From contig JBBTUS010000006.1 in assembly GCA_038063635.1 (NCBI GenBank), positions 13,500-77,499 of the forward strand: a stretch of DNA of 64,000 bases. Reading direction: 5' to 3'. The DNA is from Patescibacteria group bacterium (GTDB lineage: Bacteria > Patescibacteriota > Minisyncoccia > Phycocordibacterales > UBA9973). How positions within the stretch are numbered: position 1 is the stretch's first letter; each line of letters starts with the position of its first letter. Below the pieces are notes generated by a model. That model was given only the letters and a program-made list of their open reading frames with translations, did not search any database and had not been told where the DNA came from. Positions 36,998 to 46,953 of this stretch are shown in pieces. A program made the position numbers and the translations under genes.

Positions 36998-38524
36998 TTA
37001 TATCATGGGTTCTGCTTCCTGTGAAGCTTTATTTGCCTTCAACGCTTCTTTTGAAACACCTGATTCAACCTCATCGGTTCTTTCTTCGTCTTCTTCGTAT
37101 TCCTCTTGCACTTTTCTCTTTGTTTTTCCTTCAATTATCGTCTTTTCTTCCGCGCTTCTTATAATTGTTGCTTCTTCTTCAGCGATAAGTCTAGCTGCAT
37201 CATGTTTTGATATAGAATATTTTCTGTGAGATGCAGAAATAATATCTTCTCGATAAGAAGGATGCGTAGGCGGTAGTACTCTCAAAGTTTCCGCGGAAAA
37301 TGGGTCATATGATTCTCCGTCAATCGTCATTTTTACATAAATTTCTCCAACCGCTAGATTGATTAAATCTTTTATGTCAAAAACTGGAGCAAATTCCGGT
37401 TTCATTTTAATCGCATCTTCTCCGCCAATTCTAAAAGCAATAATACTGCCACAGTTACCAAGCACTGCTTGATGTACTTTAGTAATAATCTGACCGACAT
37501 ACTGATGCGCTATAGTTAAATTTAGCGCATATTTTCTAGCTTCTGATAAAATATTTTCAAAAGTTTGCGTAACTACATTTTGAAACTCGTCTACATATAA
37601 GTAAAAATCCGTACGGTCTTTTTCCGGAATAGCCGCGCGCTCCATTCCTGCTTGTTTTATTTTAGTCAGGAATATTGAACCAAGAAAACTGGAATTTTCT
37701 TCCCCAAGGCGGCCCTTGGAAAGATTAATCAGAATTATTTTTTCTTCGTTCATTAATTTACTTATATCTATTTTATTTTGTTTCTGTCCAAAGATATTTC
37801 TAAGCAATGGGTCGGATAAAAATTGTCCGAGTTTATTTACAAGCGGAATAATAGCATCAGTATCAAATTTTTCAGACCAATCGGCGAATTCAATAGCGAA
37901 GAATCTTTTAACCATGTCGTCTGTAATATATTCAACAACTTTTTGCCTATAATTTCTGTCTGTCAGCATTGAAATCATCCCGCGCATGGTTGCATGCGGA
38001 TAATCAAGCAAGGCTAAACACGTAAAACGAAAAACGTGTTCAAGACGAGGTGTCCAATTGGCTCCGAATTGTTTTTGAAAAACCTCAATAAGACCTTGAG
38101 TAAGTTGAAACTTAAACATCGGGTCCACGTTCGCCAGTGGATTAAATGAAGCTGGATATTCAAGGTCTGTAGGGTCAATAATGCACACGTCTTCAACGCG
38201 TTCTTTTGGTATGTAGTCTAAAATAGCATCAATAACGTCTCCGTGCGGATCAATAAAACACAAGCCATGATTATATGTTATGTCTTGACGCATAAAAAGT
38301 TCAAGTAGTTTACTTTTTCCTACACCGGATTTTCCAATAACATAAAGATGTCTTCTGCGGTCAATACGCTTTATGCCGAAAATAAATTTCTTTTCTTCCA
38401 GAGCTGCCACATAATTCGTACGGCCAATAAAAGAAACCTCCTCTGGATTAACTTTTCCAAAAACAGGAAGTTCTGGCGGAGGAGGAGCATATTTAATTAT
38501 CTGCACTCGATTTGGCTTTGGCAT
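36998..38524 (-). CDS. FtsK/HerA-superfamily ATPase (VirB4/TrwB/TraG-like)
   Basis: RRRHLYVIGKSGVGKS (Walker A), DPHG, LYVDEFQN (Walker B), SEARKY.L.L..AHQ. Confidence 0.9.
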   Translation of the reverse strand: MPKPNRVQIIKYAPPPPELPVFGKVNPEEVSFIGRTNYVAALEEKKFIFGIKRIDRRRHLYVIGKSGVGKSKLLELFMRQDITYNHGLCFIDPHGDVIDAILDYIPKERVEDVCIIDPTDLEYPASFNPLANVDPMFKFQLTQGLIEVFQKQFGANWTPRLEHVFRFTCLALLDYPHATMRGMISMLTDRNYRQKVVEYITDDMVKRFFAIEFADWSEKFDTDAIIPLVNKLGQFLSDPLLRNIFGQKQNKIDISKLMNEEKIILINLSKGRLGEENSSFLGSIFLTKIKQAGMERAAIPEKDRTDFYLYVDEFQNVVTQTFENILSEARKYALNLTIAHQYVGQIITKVHQAVLGNCGSIIAFRIGGEDAIKMKPEFAPVFDIKDLINLAVGEIYVKMTIDGESYDPFSAETLRVLPPTHPSYREDIISASHRKYSISKHDAARLIAEEEATIIRSAEEKTIIEGKTKRKVQEEYEEDEERTDEVESGVSKEALKANKASQEAEPMI

Positions 38525-38573
38525 ATTATTTTGTTATTTTACTACAATTTTGGCTTATTTTCAACCTGTTTCT

Positions 38574-38602
38574 GTTTCCCCTAAGTCCGACTTAGGGGAA
38601 AC
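38574..38602. repeat. Perfect palindrome (REP-like)
   Basis: GTTTCCCCTAAGTC-C-GACTTAGGGGAAAC. Confidence 0.75.
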
Positions 38603-38603
38603 T

Positions 38604-40343
38604 TTAATACACTTCCTGTTGATAACACTTTTCACAATATATTATTTCGGGTCGGTTGGGAGCGTAGGATGTTTCAAATTCTACACTGCATTTTCCTTTA
38701 TGTTCATGGTTTTCTTTATCGCACATGCAAGACCTATGCCAAAGTTTCATTGGATTTCGTTGTTTTAATCTTTGATAATGTCTGCAGTTTGGGCAAAATC
38801 TTGGTAAAGCAATATTATTTTTTCTCAAAAAATTTAATTCATCTTTTATGATGCGATAAGCTTGCGTACATAAAGTTAACTCACTGCCATTATTGGGACA
38901 AGCTATAGTTTCATTTAGAATATCTTCTTTTACATCTTGAATATGATTTGGCAAATCGTTTGATTTTAACGTAGTTTTATATTCTTTCTTTAGAGGTTCT
39001 CTAAAAAAATATCCTTCTTCCGTTATTTCTTTTTTGGTTTTTGGAAAATATTCTTGGGCAATTGTTTCATTGTAGGAGAATGGAGATAATTCGCTTGGGA
39101 AAAATTCACCATATTTATATACTCTGCCTTTACTATCTACATAAGGCATATCGTTCATATGTTTTATTATTTTAGGAACTAATTCTTCATATTCTTCTTT
39201 TGTATATTTTTTATTCAAAATACAATATTCCCCTTTTCTTATTCCAATACAACCAAATAAATTTTTCGAGTTATAACACATATAAGTATAATTGGTATCC
39301 AAACAACTGTGGGTTAATATTGAAAAATGTTGATTAAACGCTTTTATTCCCGTATCAACCCCCTCATACAACAAAGAAGCGCTAGCCCCAAAACCATAAC
39401 AATCATAATTATTTTCTGCCCAACCTCCGTGAGCTGAAAATTTTGTATCCTTGTTGTCTCCATAAATATCAAAAGATTGTTTGGTATTTTTTGAATTCAT
39501 AATATTATCTCCGGTACTATCTGAAGATTTTATTATATTGACATATTTATTAGGAAATTTTAAAACAAAGTCAGTATATTTATTTTTAAAATCAGATAAA
39601 ATTTTATAATTTCCAAAATCTAGATTCTTTTTTATTTTTAAATACTCTTCTTTGGAATATTGTTTGTTAAAAACACAGTATTTTTTGTTATGTAAATTAA
39701 TACAACCTATGCAATCTTGGCAATTCACGCAATTTTTCAAAAAATAACAGTTTATAGATTGACCTGAATTATAAGAAAAATGAGTTTGAAACAAAGAATC
39801 AGAAAGTATGTCTTCATAACATAATTCGGATTTTACAATAGAATATGTGTCAACGCAGTTTTTTAAACTAGATGCGCCTTGAGAATAAAGAACGTCTTCA
39901 TTTAAATAGGAAGCATAAACAAGATAACAATTTTTACAATCAGCATTATGATTGCCATATGGAAAATTTACACAATTAGTATTGCCAACATTGGCTAAAG
40001 GCACTTTTAATAATAATTCTTTATATTGTTCGAAGAATGGCTTACTAAAATCATAATCTTTTCCATAAGAAGCAGCGTCCCAATCATCTCCCCACCAAAT
40101 ATCATGATCATAAACTTTTCCCTTAAATTCAGGGTTAAACATCGCTATTATTGATTTATTTGTTTTGTCACAAGTTCTTTTAAAGAGAGCTCTTTCATTT
40201 CTCCAAGTTAGCCTTCTTATCATCCTGCATTCCGGACAAAAAGTCGGAGGCGGAACTTTTATTTTCTCATAGAAATTAAAATCTTCCGGCTCTATTATAA
40301 AGTCTTTTTGGCAATTTTGACATTGTTGAATTTTTTTTTGCAT
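38604..40343 (-). CDS. Cys-rich multi-zinc-ribbon protein, paralog 1
   Basis: CQNC..DF.IEPED..FYEKIKVPPPTFCPECR; Cys ladders (NCVNCQDCIGC); C-terminal EFETSY.P.R.EIIYCEKCY. Confidence 0.85.
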   Translation of the reverse strand: MQKKIQQCQNCQKDFIIEPEDFNFYEKIKVPPPTFCPECRMIRRLTWRNERALFKRTCDKTNKSIIAMFNPEFKGKVYDHDIWWGDDWDAASYGKDYDFSKPFFEQYKELLLKVPLANVGNTNCVNFPYGNHNADCKNCYLVYASYLNEDVLYSQGASSLKNCVDTYSIVKSELCYEDILSDSLFQTHFSYNSGQSINCYFLKNCVNCQDCIGCINLHNKKYCVFNKQYSKEEYLKIKKNLDFGNYKILSDFKNKYTDFVLKFPNKYVNIIKSSDSTGDNIMNSKNTKQSFDIYGDNKDTKFSAHGGWAENNYDCYGFGASASLLYEGVDTGIKAFNQHFSILTHSCLDTNYTYMCYNSKNLFGCIGIRKGEYCILNKKYTKEEYEELVPKIIKHMNDMPYVDSKGRVYKYGEFFPSELSPFSYNETIAQEYFPKTKKEITEEGYFFREPLKKEYKTTLKSNDLPNHIQDVKEDILNETIACPNNGSELTLCTQAYRIIKDELNFLRKNNIALPRFCPNCRHYQRLKQRNPMKLWHRSCMCDKENHEHKGKCSVEFETSYAPNRPEIIYCEKCYQQEVY

Positions 40344-40347
40344 ATGT

Positions 40348-40452
40348 TTAAAAATTTTTATGCTTCCAAATTTTAACTCGAAATTTTATAGTTTTCCATA
40401 TAATTGATAAGGTGTATATAAAATATTCTAGTTTTAATTTTATTTTTTTCAT
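40348..40452 (-). CDS. Putative 34-aa cationic small protein
   Basis: MKKIKLKLEYFIYTLSIIWKTIKFRVKIWKHKNF*; ATGA overlap with the upstream stop, ends 4 nt before the next ATG. Confidence 0.45.
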   Translation of the reverse strand: MKKIKLKLEYFIYTLSIIWKTIKFRVKIWKHKNF

Positions 40453-42224
40453 AGAAATTCAGCTTGATAACATTTTTCGCAATATACAATTTCTTTTCGG
40501 TTATTATTAATCGCTGTTTCAAATTCATTTTGGCATGGATTTTCTGCGTGAAAATGCCCAATGGTATTTTTATATTCTTTATTTTCTGATTCTACACCAT
40601 TACACATGCATTTTCTATGCCAGAGTTTTGGCGGATTAACCATTTTTAACCGTTCATAATACCGGCAATTAGGACATAAATGGGGCAAAGCTAGCCTCAT
40701 AGATTGATAAAATTTTAACTCGTCTGGTAAAATACGAAAAGCTGTCGTGCATTGTTCATTGCAATTACCTTTATGTTCACATTCAATAACTTCATTTAAT
40801 ATGGACTCGGTAACATCGTTAATATGATCAGGTAAATTTTCTGGTTGAATGGTTATTTTATAATCTCTTGTAATTGAATCACGCCAATAAAATCCTTGTT
40901 TTAACGCCTCTTCTTTTGTAAGAGGAAAATATTTATTTGCCCATGTTTCATTATATGCCCATAAAGAAAGTTCAGACGGATAAAATTCTCCATACTTATA
41001 GATTCTTCCCTTTTTATCAACATAAGGCATATCGTTCATATGTTTTTTAATTTTAGGAATTAATTTTTCGTATTCTTCTTTTGTATATTGTTTGTTTAAA
41101 ATACAGTATTTTTTTTGCTTTAGCCTAACACAGCCAAAAAGATTAGCGCCACCATAAATATTCTCGGAATATTCAACATCTATAACATTATTGCTCCCAC
41201 GACAAAAAAAACTTCGCTGTGATTGAGTGCTTCCATTTACTTCGTATAAAAGCTCTGAGGTATCCCCTCCAAAAGTAATATCATAACTATCTTTTAATAA
41301 AAGCCCGCAAGTAAAAATATTTTTGCAATTTTCTACACCTTCAAGAGTAATAAAACAGTTTTTACAATTTTTAGTATTTTGAAGACCATCACCGCTTACA
41401 TTATATGAGTTTATGACAATAGAAAATCGTCTTGGTGTCTTATAATAAAGTTCCATAAATTTTTCTTTCGCTTTTTGTATAACTTTATAGCTTCCTAAAT
41501 CCCATTTAGCTATTTGTTTCTTATATTCTTCTTTTGTATATTGAACATTAAAAATATTGTGTTTTTGATTTCTTAAATTTATACAGCCAAAGCAATTTGA
41601 ACATCCTATACAATAAAAAAGGAAAGATGAGTCAAGACACTCATCCGAAAAATAAGTAAATTTTGTATTATAGACTCCAGTTGAGTTTATGGTATTGTAT
41701 ACATGATCAGCATTCCAAATAACATCAGAATCCATAGAATCGCGAGAAAAAAGTGGAGCTTGACAATAATAAGAATTAATAGATTGAAAACCGCCAAAAA
41801 CAAAAGTGCAGTTTTTGCAACGAACATTTCCATGGCAATATTTATTATTAGTACAATTTCTTGAATTTGTCCCCTGTGACGGAACAATTTTTTGTAGTTC
41901 ATATAATTGTTGGAAAAATGGCTTATTAAAATCATAATCTCTACCATATAGAGTTCCATCCCAATCATCTTTCCACCAACACGGAGAACAATAAACGACA
42001 AAAGGAGTTTCAGGAGCAAATAAACTTACAATATTTTCTCCACATTTATCACACTTATCTTTATATAAAGCACGTTCTTCACGATAAGCTAAACGTCGAA
42101 TTAGTCTGCACTCCGGACAAAAAGTCGGTGGCGGAACCTTTATTTTTTCATAAAATAAAAAATCGTCTGGCTCGATTATAAAGTCTTTTTGGCAATTCTG
42201 ACAGTTTCTAGTTTCATTTTTCAT
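40449..42224 (-). CDS. Cys-rich multi-zinc-ribbon protein, paralog 2
   Basis: Same N- and C-terminal Cys motifs as 38604..40343, shared MNDMPYVD.KGR.YKYGEF.P. Confidence 0.85.
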   Translation of the reverse strand: MKNETRNCQNCQKDFIIEPDDFLFYEKIKVPPPTFCPECRLIRRLAYREERALYKDKCDKCGENIVSLFAPETPFVVYCSPCWWKDDWDGTLYGRDYDFNKPFFQQLYELQKIVPSQGTNSRNCTNNKYCHGNVRCKNCTFVFGGFQSINSYYCQAPLFSRDSMDSDVIWNADHVYNTINSTGVYNTKFTYFSDECLDSSFLFYCIGCSNCFGCINLRNQKHNIFNVQYTKEEYKKQIAKWDLGSYKVIQKAKEKFMELYYKTPRRFSIVINSYNVSGDGLQNTKNCKNCFITLEGVENCKNIFTCGLLLKDSYDITFGGDTSELLYEVNGSTQSQRSFFCRGSNNVIDVEYSENIYGGANLFGCVRLKQKKYCILNKQYTKEEYEKLIPKIKKHMNDMPYVDKKGRIYKYGEFYPSELSLWAYNETWANKYFPLTKEEALKQGFYWRDSITRDYKITIQPENLPDHINDVTESILNEVIECEHKGNCNEQCTTAFRILPDELKFYQSMRLALPHLCPNCRYYERLKMVNPPKLWHRKCMCNGVESENKEYKNTIGHFHAENPCQNEFETAINNNRKEIVYCEKCYQAEFL

Positions 42225-42232
42225 TTCTTAAT

Positions 42233-42475
42233 CTAAAAAAAGTCGTCTATCCACTTAAAAATTTTTGGTTCTACTTTTTTATATTTTTTCCATAATTTAT
42301 TTGGTAATTTTTCCAAATCTGGAAATTTATATTCATCTCTTAAAATCGGATAAAAAAAACAAATAAGTATTATCAGTATGGTAAGCGGTATACACCAAAG
42401 AAATATAGTAAAACCCAAAAAACGAATTATTAAAATAGCTACGATTATTGCAAATATTAAAGTTCCATTATGCAT
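42233..42475 (-). CDS. Small membrane protein
   Basis: 80 aa, two hydrophobic helices and a basic tail; tightly packed in the operon. Confidence 0.6.
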   Translation of the reverse strand: MHNGTLIFAIIVAILIIRFLGFTIFLWCIPLTILIILICFFYPILRDEYKFPDLEKLPNKLWKKYKKVEPKIFKWIDDFF

Positions 42476-42513
42476 ATTTAATTTATATAAAAATTTTTAA
42501 ATTAATAAGTATA

Positions 42514-44763
42514 TTACTCTAGTATTTTTTTTAATACATCTTCCGGCACTTCACGAATTGTTCCCGAAGAAGAAATAGGGTTTTGTGTTTTTGGGTTTTC
42601 TTCTTTTTTGATAGGTATTTCTTCTTTCTTTTTTATCTCTTCCTTTACTTCTTTGGAAACTTCAGGCGATTCAGCTCCGTTAGATTTAGCTGAAATGAAA
42701 TTTTTTAATTTATCCATATCTTCCCTGCTTGCAGATCTATCTTTTGACGGAGAACTGGATGTTGGTTGCGTATTTTTTAATTCATTTAGAGAGATTGAAG
42801 GCGTTTCTTTTTCTATAGGTTTTTCTTCTTTATTTGTTTGAGAAGATGAAAAAACCTTATTTTCAGAAAGAGTTTTGTTTAAAATTTCTCTTAAAGCTAT
42901 ATTTTCTTTGGGTTTTTCCCCGCCTGCCTGCCCGACACGTTGACGCGAGTCATGCGGGCGGGCATTAGCTGTGCTAAAAGCATTGCGGTCAGGTTTTTGC
43001 GTTTGATTTACAAATTTATTTTTAATTGGTGCATATTGCTGTTTATCTCTTGGTTGTGGATTTGAAAATGAAGCTTTTTTATCAAAAACTCTTTTAATCG
43101 CCGAAAATATTCCCGGTCTTCTTATTGCTTCGTCCGGATGTTGGATATGTATATCAACTCTTTCTGGATATCTTTCTTCTCGGGCTCTTTCTATATTATT
43201 GGTATAAACTTCTTTTTTTTCAAATTCTATTCCTAAATCAGATAATGGCTTATAAAACTTTACTTCATCTTGTCTTACTTGGCTCATTGACCCTTTTATA
43301 GGCTTTAATTCTCCAGATTTCATTTTTGCTATGCAATCCCTGCAATACACTGGACGTCCTTTTTCTGGCTTAAAAGGCACAGTTGTTTCTTTTTTACAAA
43401 TAGAACATTCAGCGGGAAATTTTTCTACCTCACTAGCTTCATTTTCATTTCCAAGAGACATTCCACTCCAATTGTTTATTTCTCGTTCTACAACTTCTTT
43501 TGATCTGCAATATAAATCACGAGAAGATTTTATAACTTCTTCCTCTGTTTCTTTATTGCCTTTTGCCATTGGAGGTATTGTTCTAGCTGAAAAAGGTCTT
43601 GAAGTTACACCGTCTATCATTAATTTTAAATATATTTTATAGTTTGGAAGATTAACAATATCTTGAGGAGTAAATTCCGGGTCAAATTCTTTTTCTAAAA
43701 ATTCCGCATCATCGGCGCCGCAACGAAAAACTATCATCGTGCCAACGTTGCCAAAAACAGCATCACGAACTGCAGAACTTTTATCCGAAACAAGCTGGGC
43801 GGTATATTGATGAGCAACCGTCAGATTTAATCTGTATTTTCTGGCTTCAGATAAAATACCGGCAAAAGCGTCCGTCACAAAATTTTGAAATTCATCCACA
43901 TAAAGATAAAAATCTTTTCTTTCATCTTCTGGAATACGCACACGTTCCATCGCCGCAAGTTGAATTTTAGTAATAATCATACCACCCAAAAGCGAAGAAT
44001 TGTCTTCACCGATGCGCCCTTTGGAAACATTTACAAGAAAAATTTTTCCCTCATTCATTATGTCAAAAATGTTTATTGTGCTTTTTGACTGCCCTACAAC
44101 ATTTCGAATAATGGAAGTAGAAAGAAATTGACCTACTTTATTTTGGATAGGAGCAATAGCTTCATTTCTAAATTTGTCTTGCCAAGCCTCATATTCGTGA
44201 ATCCAAAAAGCTTTAATAACTGGGTCTTTTAGATTTGAAATTATTTTTTGGCGATAATCTTTGTCCACTAGCATTCTAGGTATGCCAAGAAGCGTAGTCC
44301 CAGGAGTATCTAGAAGAGCTAAAATAGCATTATTTAAAATGTATTCCATTCGAGCGCTCCAAGCATTGGCCCAAATTTTGGTAAATATTCCCATAAGACC
44401 TGAAGCGACCAAATGCTTGTATTTAGGGTCAATAAGTTCTAGAACATTAAAACCAACATGATATTCTGTGTCTGCCGGATTAAAATAAACAACATCTTTC
44501 ATGCGATTTGGAGGAATTGAAGAAAGAATTGCTTCAACATTTTCTCCGTGCGGGTCAACCATACATACACCATCGCCATTTTTGATGTTCTGAATAATCA
44601 TATTAAACATGAGCACAGATTTACCTGTTCCTGATTTTCCAAGAATATAAACATGCTGGCGCCTATCTTTGCGCTTTATGCCAAAAAGCTGATTTTTATC
44701 TCTATAAGTAGAATACCCAATATATGTAATATCTTTATTTAAAGGCAAATCTAAGGCGTTCAT
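42514..44763 (-). CDS. FtsK/HerA-superfamily ATPase (VirB4/TrwB-like) with CxxC-x17-CxxC domain and low-complexity tail
   Basis: GKSGTGKS, DPHG, LYVDEFQN, SEARKY; CSIC...VPFKP...RPVYCRDC; C-terminal EVPEDVLKKIL. Confidence 0.9.
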   Translation of the reverse strand: MNALDLPLNKDITYIGYSTYRDKNQLFGIKRKDRRQHVYILGKSGTGKSVLMFNMIIQNIKNGDGVCMVDPHGENVEAILSSIPPNRMKDVVYFNPADTEYHVGFNVLELIDPKYKHLVASGLMGIFTKIWANAWSARMEYILNNAILALLDTPGTTLLGIPRMLVDKDYRQKIISNLKDPVIKAFWIHEYEAWQDKFRNEAIAPIQNKVGQFLSTSIIRNVVGQSKSTINIFDIMNEGKIFLVNVSKGRIGEDNSSLLGGMIITKIQLAAMERVRIPEDERKDFYLYVDEFQNFVTDAFAGILSEARKYRLNLTVAHQYTAQLVSDKSSAVRDAVFGNVGTMIVFRCGADDAEFLEKEFDPEFTPQDIVNLPNYKIYLKLMIDGVTSRPFSARTIPPMAKGNKETEEEVIKSSRDLYCRSKEVVEREINNWSGMSLGNENEASEVEKFPAECSICKKETTVPFKPEKGRPVYCRDCIAKMKSGELKPIKGSMSQVRQDEVKFYKPLSDLGIEFEKKEVYTNNIERAREERYPERVDIHIQHPDEAIRRPGIFSAIKRVFDKKASFSNPQPRDKQQYAPIKNKFVNQTQKPDRNAFSTANARPHDSRQRVGQAGGEKPKENIALREILNKTLSENKVFSSSQTNKEEKPIEKETPSISLNELKNTQPTSSSPSKDRSASREDMDKLKNFISAKSNGAESPEVSKEVKEEIKKKEEIPIKKEENPKTQNPISSSGTIREVPEDVLKKILE
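42913..42998 (-). repeat. ~84-bp in-frame composite palindromic element, copy 1
   Basis: About 90% identical to 50266..50350; encodes KPDRNAFSTANARPHDSRQRVGQAGGEK. Confidence 0.9.
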
Positions 44764-44851
44764 ATGTTAAATTATAACACTCTATAATAGATTTTAGCAA
44801 AAAATTTTAAGGGTTTTTATGTTTTTGGACCTGCTCCATAGTGAGTTTGCT

Positions 44852-46792
44852 TTATTTTTTAGGAGCTTCCTCTTCCGGCTTTTCTTTTGCCTCGTCTGTA
44901 GACGGACCTTCTTTATATTCTGCATCGCGAACTTTAGAATCTTTTTCTTCAGAAGTTGCTTGTTCTGATTTTGCTGAAGAACTGGTTTCATCTACTTTTG
45001 CCATAGCTTCGCCAATTTTAGACATCTCACTGGAAAGTTCTTCGGTGGCTTTTTTAATTGCTTCAGAATCCGTTCCGTCTTTTACTTCTTTCAAAGAAGT
45101 TATTTTAGCATTTACCCCATCCTTAATATCCGATGGGATTTTTGCTTCGTTATCTTTCAATGCTTTTTCCGCAGTGTAAATAATCATTTCCGCGGTATTT
45201 TTTATATCAACAATTTCTTTTTTCTTTTTATCTTCCTCTGCATGAAGTTCAGCATCGGCCTGCATTTTCTTAATATCTTCTTCTTTTAATCCAGAACTTG
45301 CTTCAATTTTAATTGATTGAGCTTTTCCGGAAGCTTTATCTTTTGCCGTAACATTTAAAATTCCATTTGCATCAACATCAAAAGTAACTTCAACTTGTGG
45401 AATACCGCGAGGTGCTGGCGGAATTCCATCTAATATAAATCTTCCTAAACTCTTGTTATCGGAAACCATTGGACGTTCTCCTTGCACAATATGAATTTCA
45501 ACAGAAGTTTGATTGTCGGCTGCAGTTGAAAAAATTTGAGATTTAGAAGATGGAATAGTTGTGTTTCTTTCAATTAATTTTGTAGAAACTCCTCCAAGCG
45601 TTTCAATACCGAGTGAAAGAGGTATAACGTCCAAAAGCAACACATCACGAACTTCACCGGCCAAAACTCCAGCTTGAACCGCAGCTCCTAAAGCCACAAC
45701 TTCATCGGGATTTATAGACATATTCGGTGTTTTTCCAAAAAGATTTTTCACCGCATCAACAATCGCCGGCATTCTTGTTTGTCCGCCAACCATTATAATT
45801 TCGTTTATTTCATTCATTTTAAACGGCGATGCTTCAAGAGCTTTTTTTGTTATTTCAATTGAACGGTCAATATATTCTTTTGTTAATGATTCCAGAGTTG
45901 CTCGAGACATTTTTAAAAGCAAATGTTTTGGTCCGGAAGAATCAGAAGTGATAAATGGAACATTTATTTCCGTTTCCATTGTTGTAGAAAGTTCATGCTT
46001 TGCTTTTTCCGCAGCTTCTTTTAATCTCTGATGAGCCAGCGGGTCTTTTCTGACATCAATGCCAGATTCTTTTTTATATTCCTCGGCTATCCAAGTAATA
46101 ATTTTTCTATCAATATCGCCTCCACCCATATGTGAATCTCCGTCAGTTGATTTTACTTCAATAATATCATCTCCAATTTCTAAAACTGAAACATCAAAAG
46201 TTCCGCCGCCAAAATCATAGACAACTATTTTTTCATTTTTCTTTTTATCAAATCCATAAGCCAGAGCTGCGGCTGTAGGCTCGTTTATAATACGTTTCAC
46301 GTCAAGTCCGGCAATCTGACCGGCATCTTTGGTTGCTTTTCTTTGAGCATCATTAAAATAAGCGGGAACAGTAATAACTGCTTCTGTTATTTTCTCGCCT
46401 AATTTTGTTTCAACATCTGTTTTAATTTTTTGCAAAATCATCGCTGAAATTTCTTCCGGACGATAAAATTTATCCAGCATTTTAACTTTTACGCCGCCAC
46501 TTTCACCAGCTTCAATTTTAAATGACGCAGTAACTTTATCTTTTTGCACTTCCGGGTCGTCGTATCTATGACCCATATAGCGTTTTATTTCTGAAATTGT
46601 ATTTTCCGGATTAGTAACTGCTTGCCTCTTTGAGAGAAGTCCGGTAATACGGTCACCATTTTTTGTAGTGGCTACTACAGAAGGCGTGGTGCGGTTGCCT
46701 TCTACGTTTTCAATAATTTTCGGTGCGCCTCCTTCAATAATTGCTACAGCCGAATTTGTTGTACCCAAATCTATACCTATTATTTTTGACAT
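44852..46792 (-). CDS. dnaK: Chaperone DnaK
   Basis: [38 protein letters not shown]. Confidence 0.98.
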   Translation of the reverse strand: MSKIIGIDLGTTNSAVAIIEGGAPKIIENVEGNRTTPSVVATTKNGDRITGLLSKRQAVTNPENTISEIKRYMGHRYDDPEVQKDKVTASFKIEAGESGGVKVKMLDKFYRPEEISAMILQKIKTDVETKLGEKITEAVITVPAYFNDAQRKATKDAGQIAGLDVKRIINEPTAAALAYGFDKKKNEKIVVYDFGGGTFDVSVLEIGDDIIEVKSTDGDSHMGGGDIDRKIITWIAEEYKKESGIDVRKDPLAHQRLKEAAEKAKHELSTTMETEINVPFITSDSSGPKHLLLKMSRATLESLTKEYIDRSIEITKKALEASPFKMNEINEIIMVGGQTRMPAIVDAVKNLFGKTPNMSINPDEVVALGAAVQAGVLAGEVRDVLLLDVIPLSLGIETLGGVSTKLIERNTTIPSSKSQIFSTAADNQTSVEIHIVQGERPMVSDNKSLGRFILDGIPPAPRGIPQVEVTFDVDANGILNVTAKDKASGKAQSIKIEASSGLKEEDIKKMQADAELHAEEDKKKKEIVDIKNTAEMIIYTAEKALKDNEAKIPSDIKDGVNAKITSLKEVKDGTDSEAIKKATEELSSEMSKIGEAMAKVDETSSSAKSEQATSEEKDSKVRDAEYKEGPSTDEAKEKPEEEAPKK

Positions 46793-46806
46793 AATATTTT
46801 ATTTAA

Positions 46807-46841
46807 TTTCCGCCTGAGGCGGATCAGCCCTTTGGCTGAAA
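46807..46841. repeat. Double-hairpin palindrome (TCCGCC-n4-GGCGGA family) in the dnaK leader
   Basis: TCCGCCTGAGGCGGATCAGCCCTTTGGCTGAAA; same design as the recR insert at 28379. Confidence 0.7.
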
Positions 46842-46953
46842 TTATTAATAATCTTATTTATACAACCATTATATACGAAACAAATATTTTTAGCAAGTTT
46901 TTAGTGACCGCGAAATACTTGTCAAAAGACAGTATATATTATAATATATAGCT

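Noticed and set aside
36936-37229. Short antisense and alternative-frame ORFs in the track (this one, 44841..45179, 53377..53718 and similar)
   Set aside because: They are shadows of well-supported genes on the opposite strand or in another frame.
36998-44763. Integrative conjugative element or plasmid-type T4SS
   Set aside because: No relaxase, VirB6/8/9/10, integrase or att sites; the ATPases sit among core chaperone genes with host-like composition.
46890-46916. CIRCE operator upstream of dnaK
   Set aside because: TTAGCA is present but the rest of the left arm and the right arm GAGTGCTAA are not.
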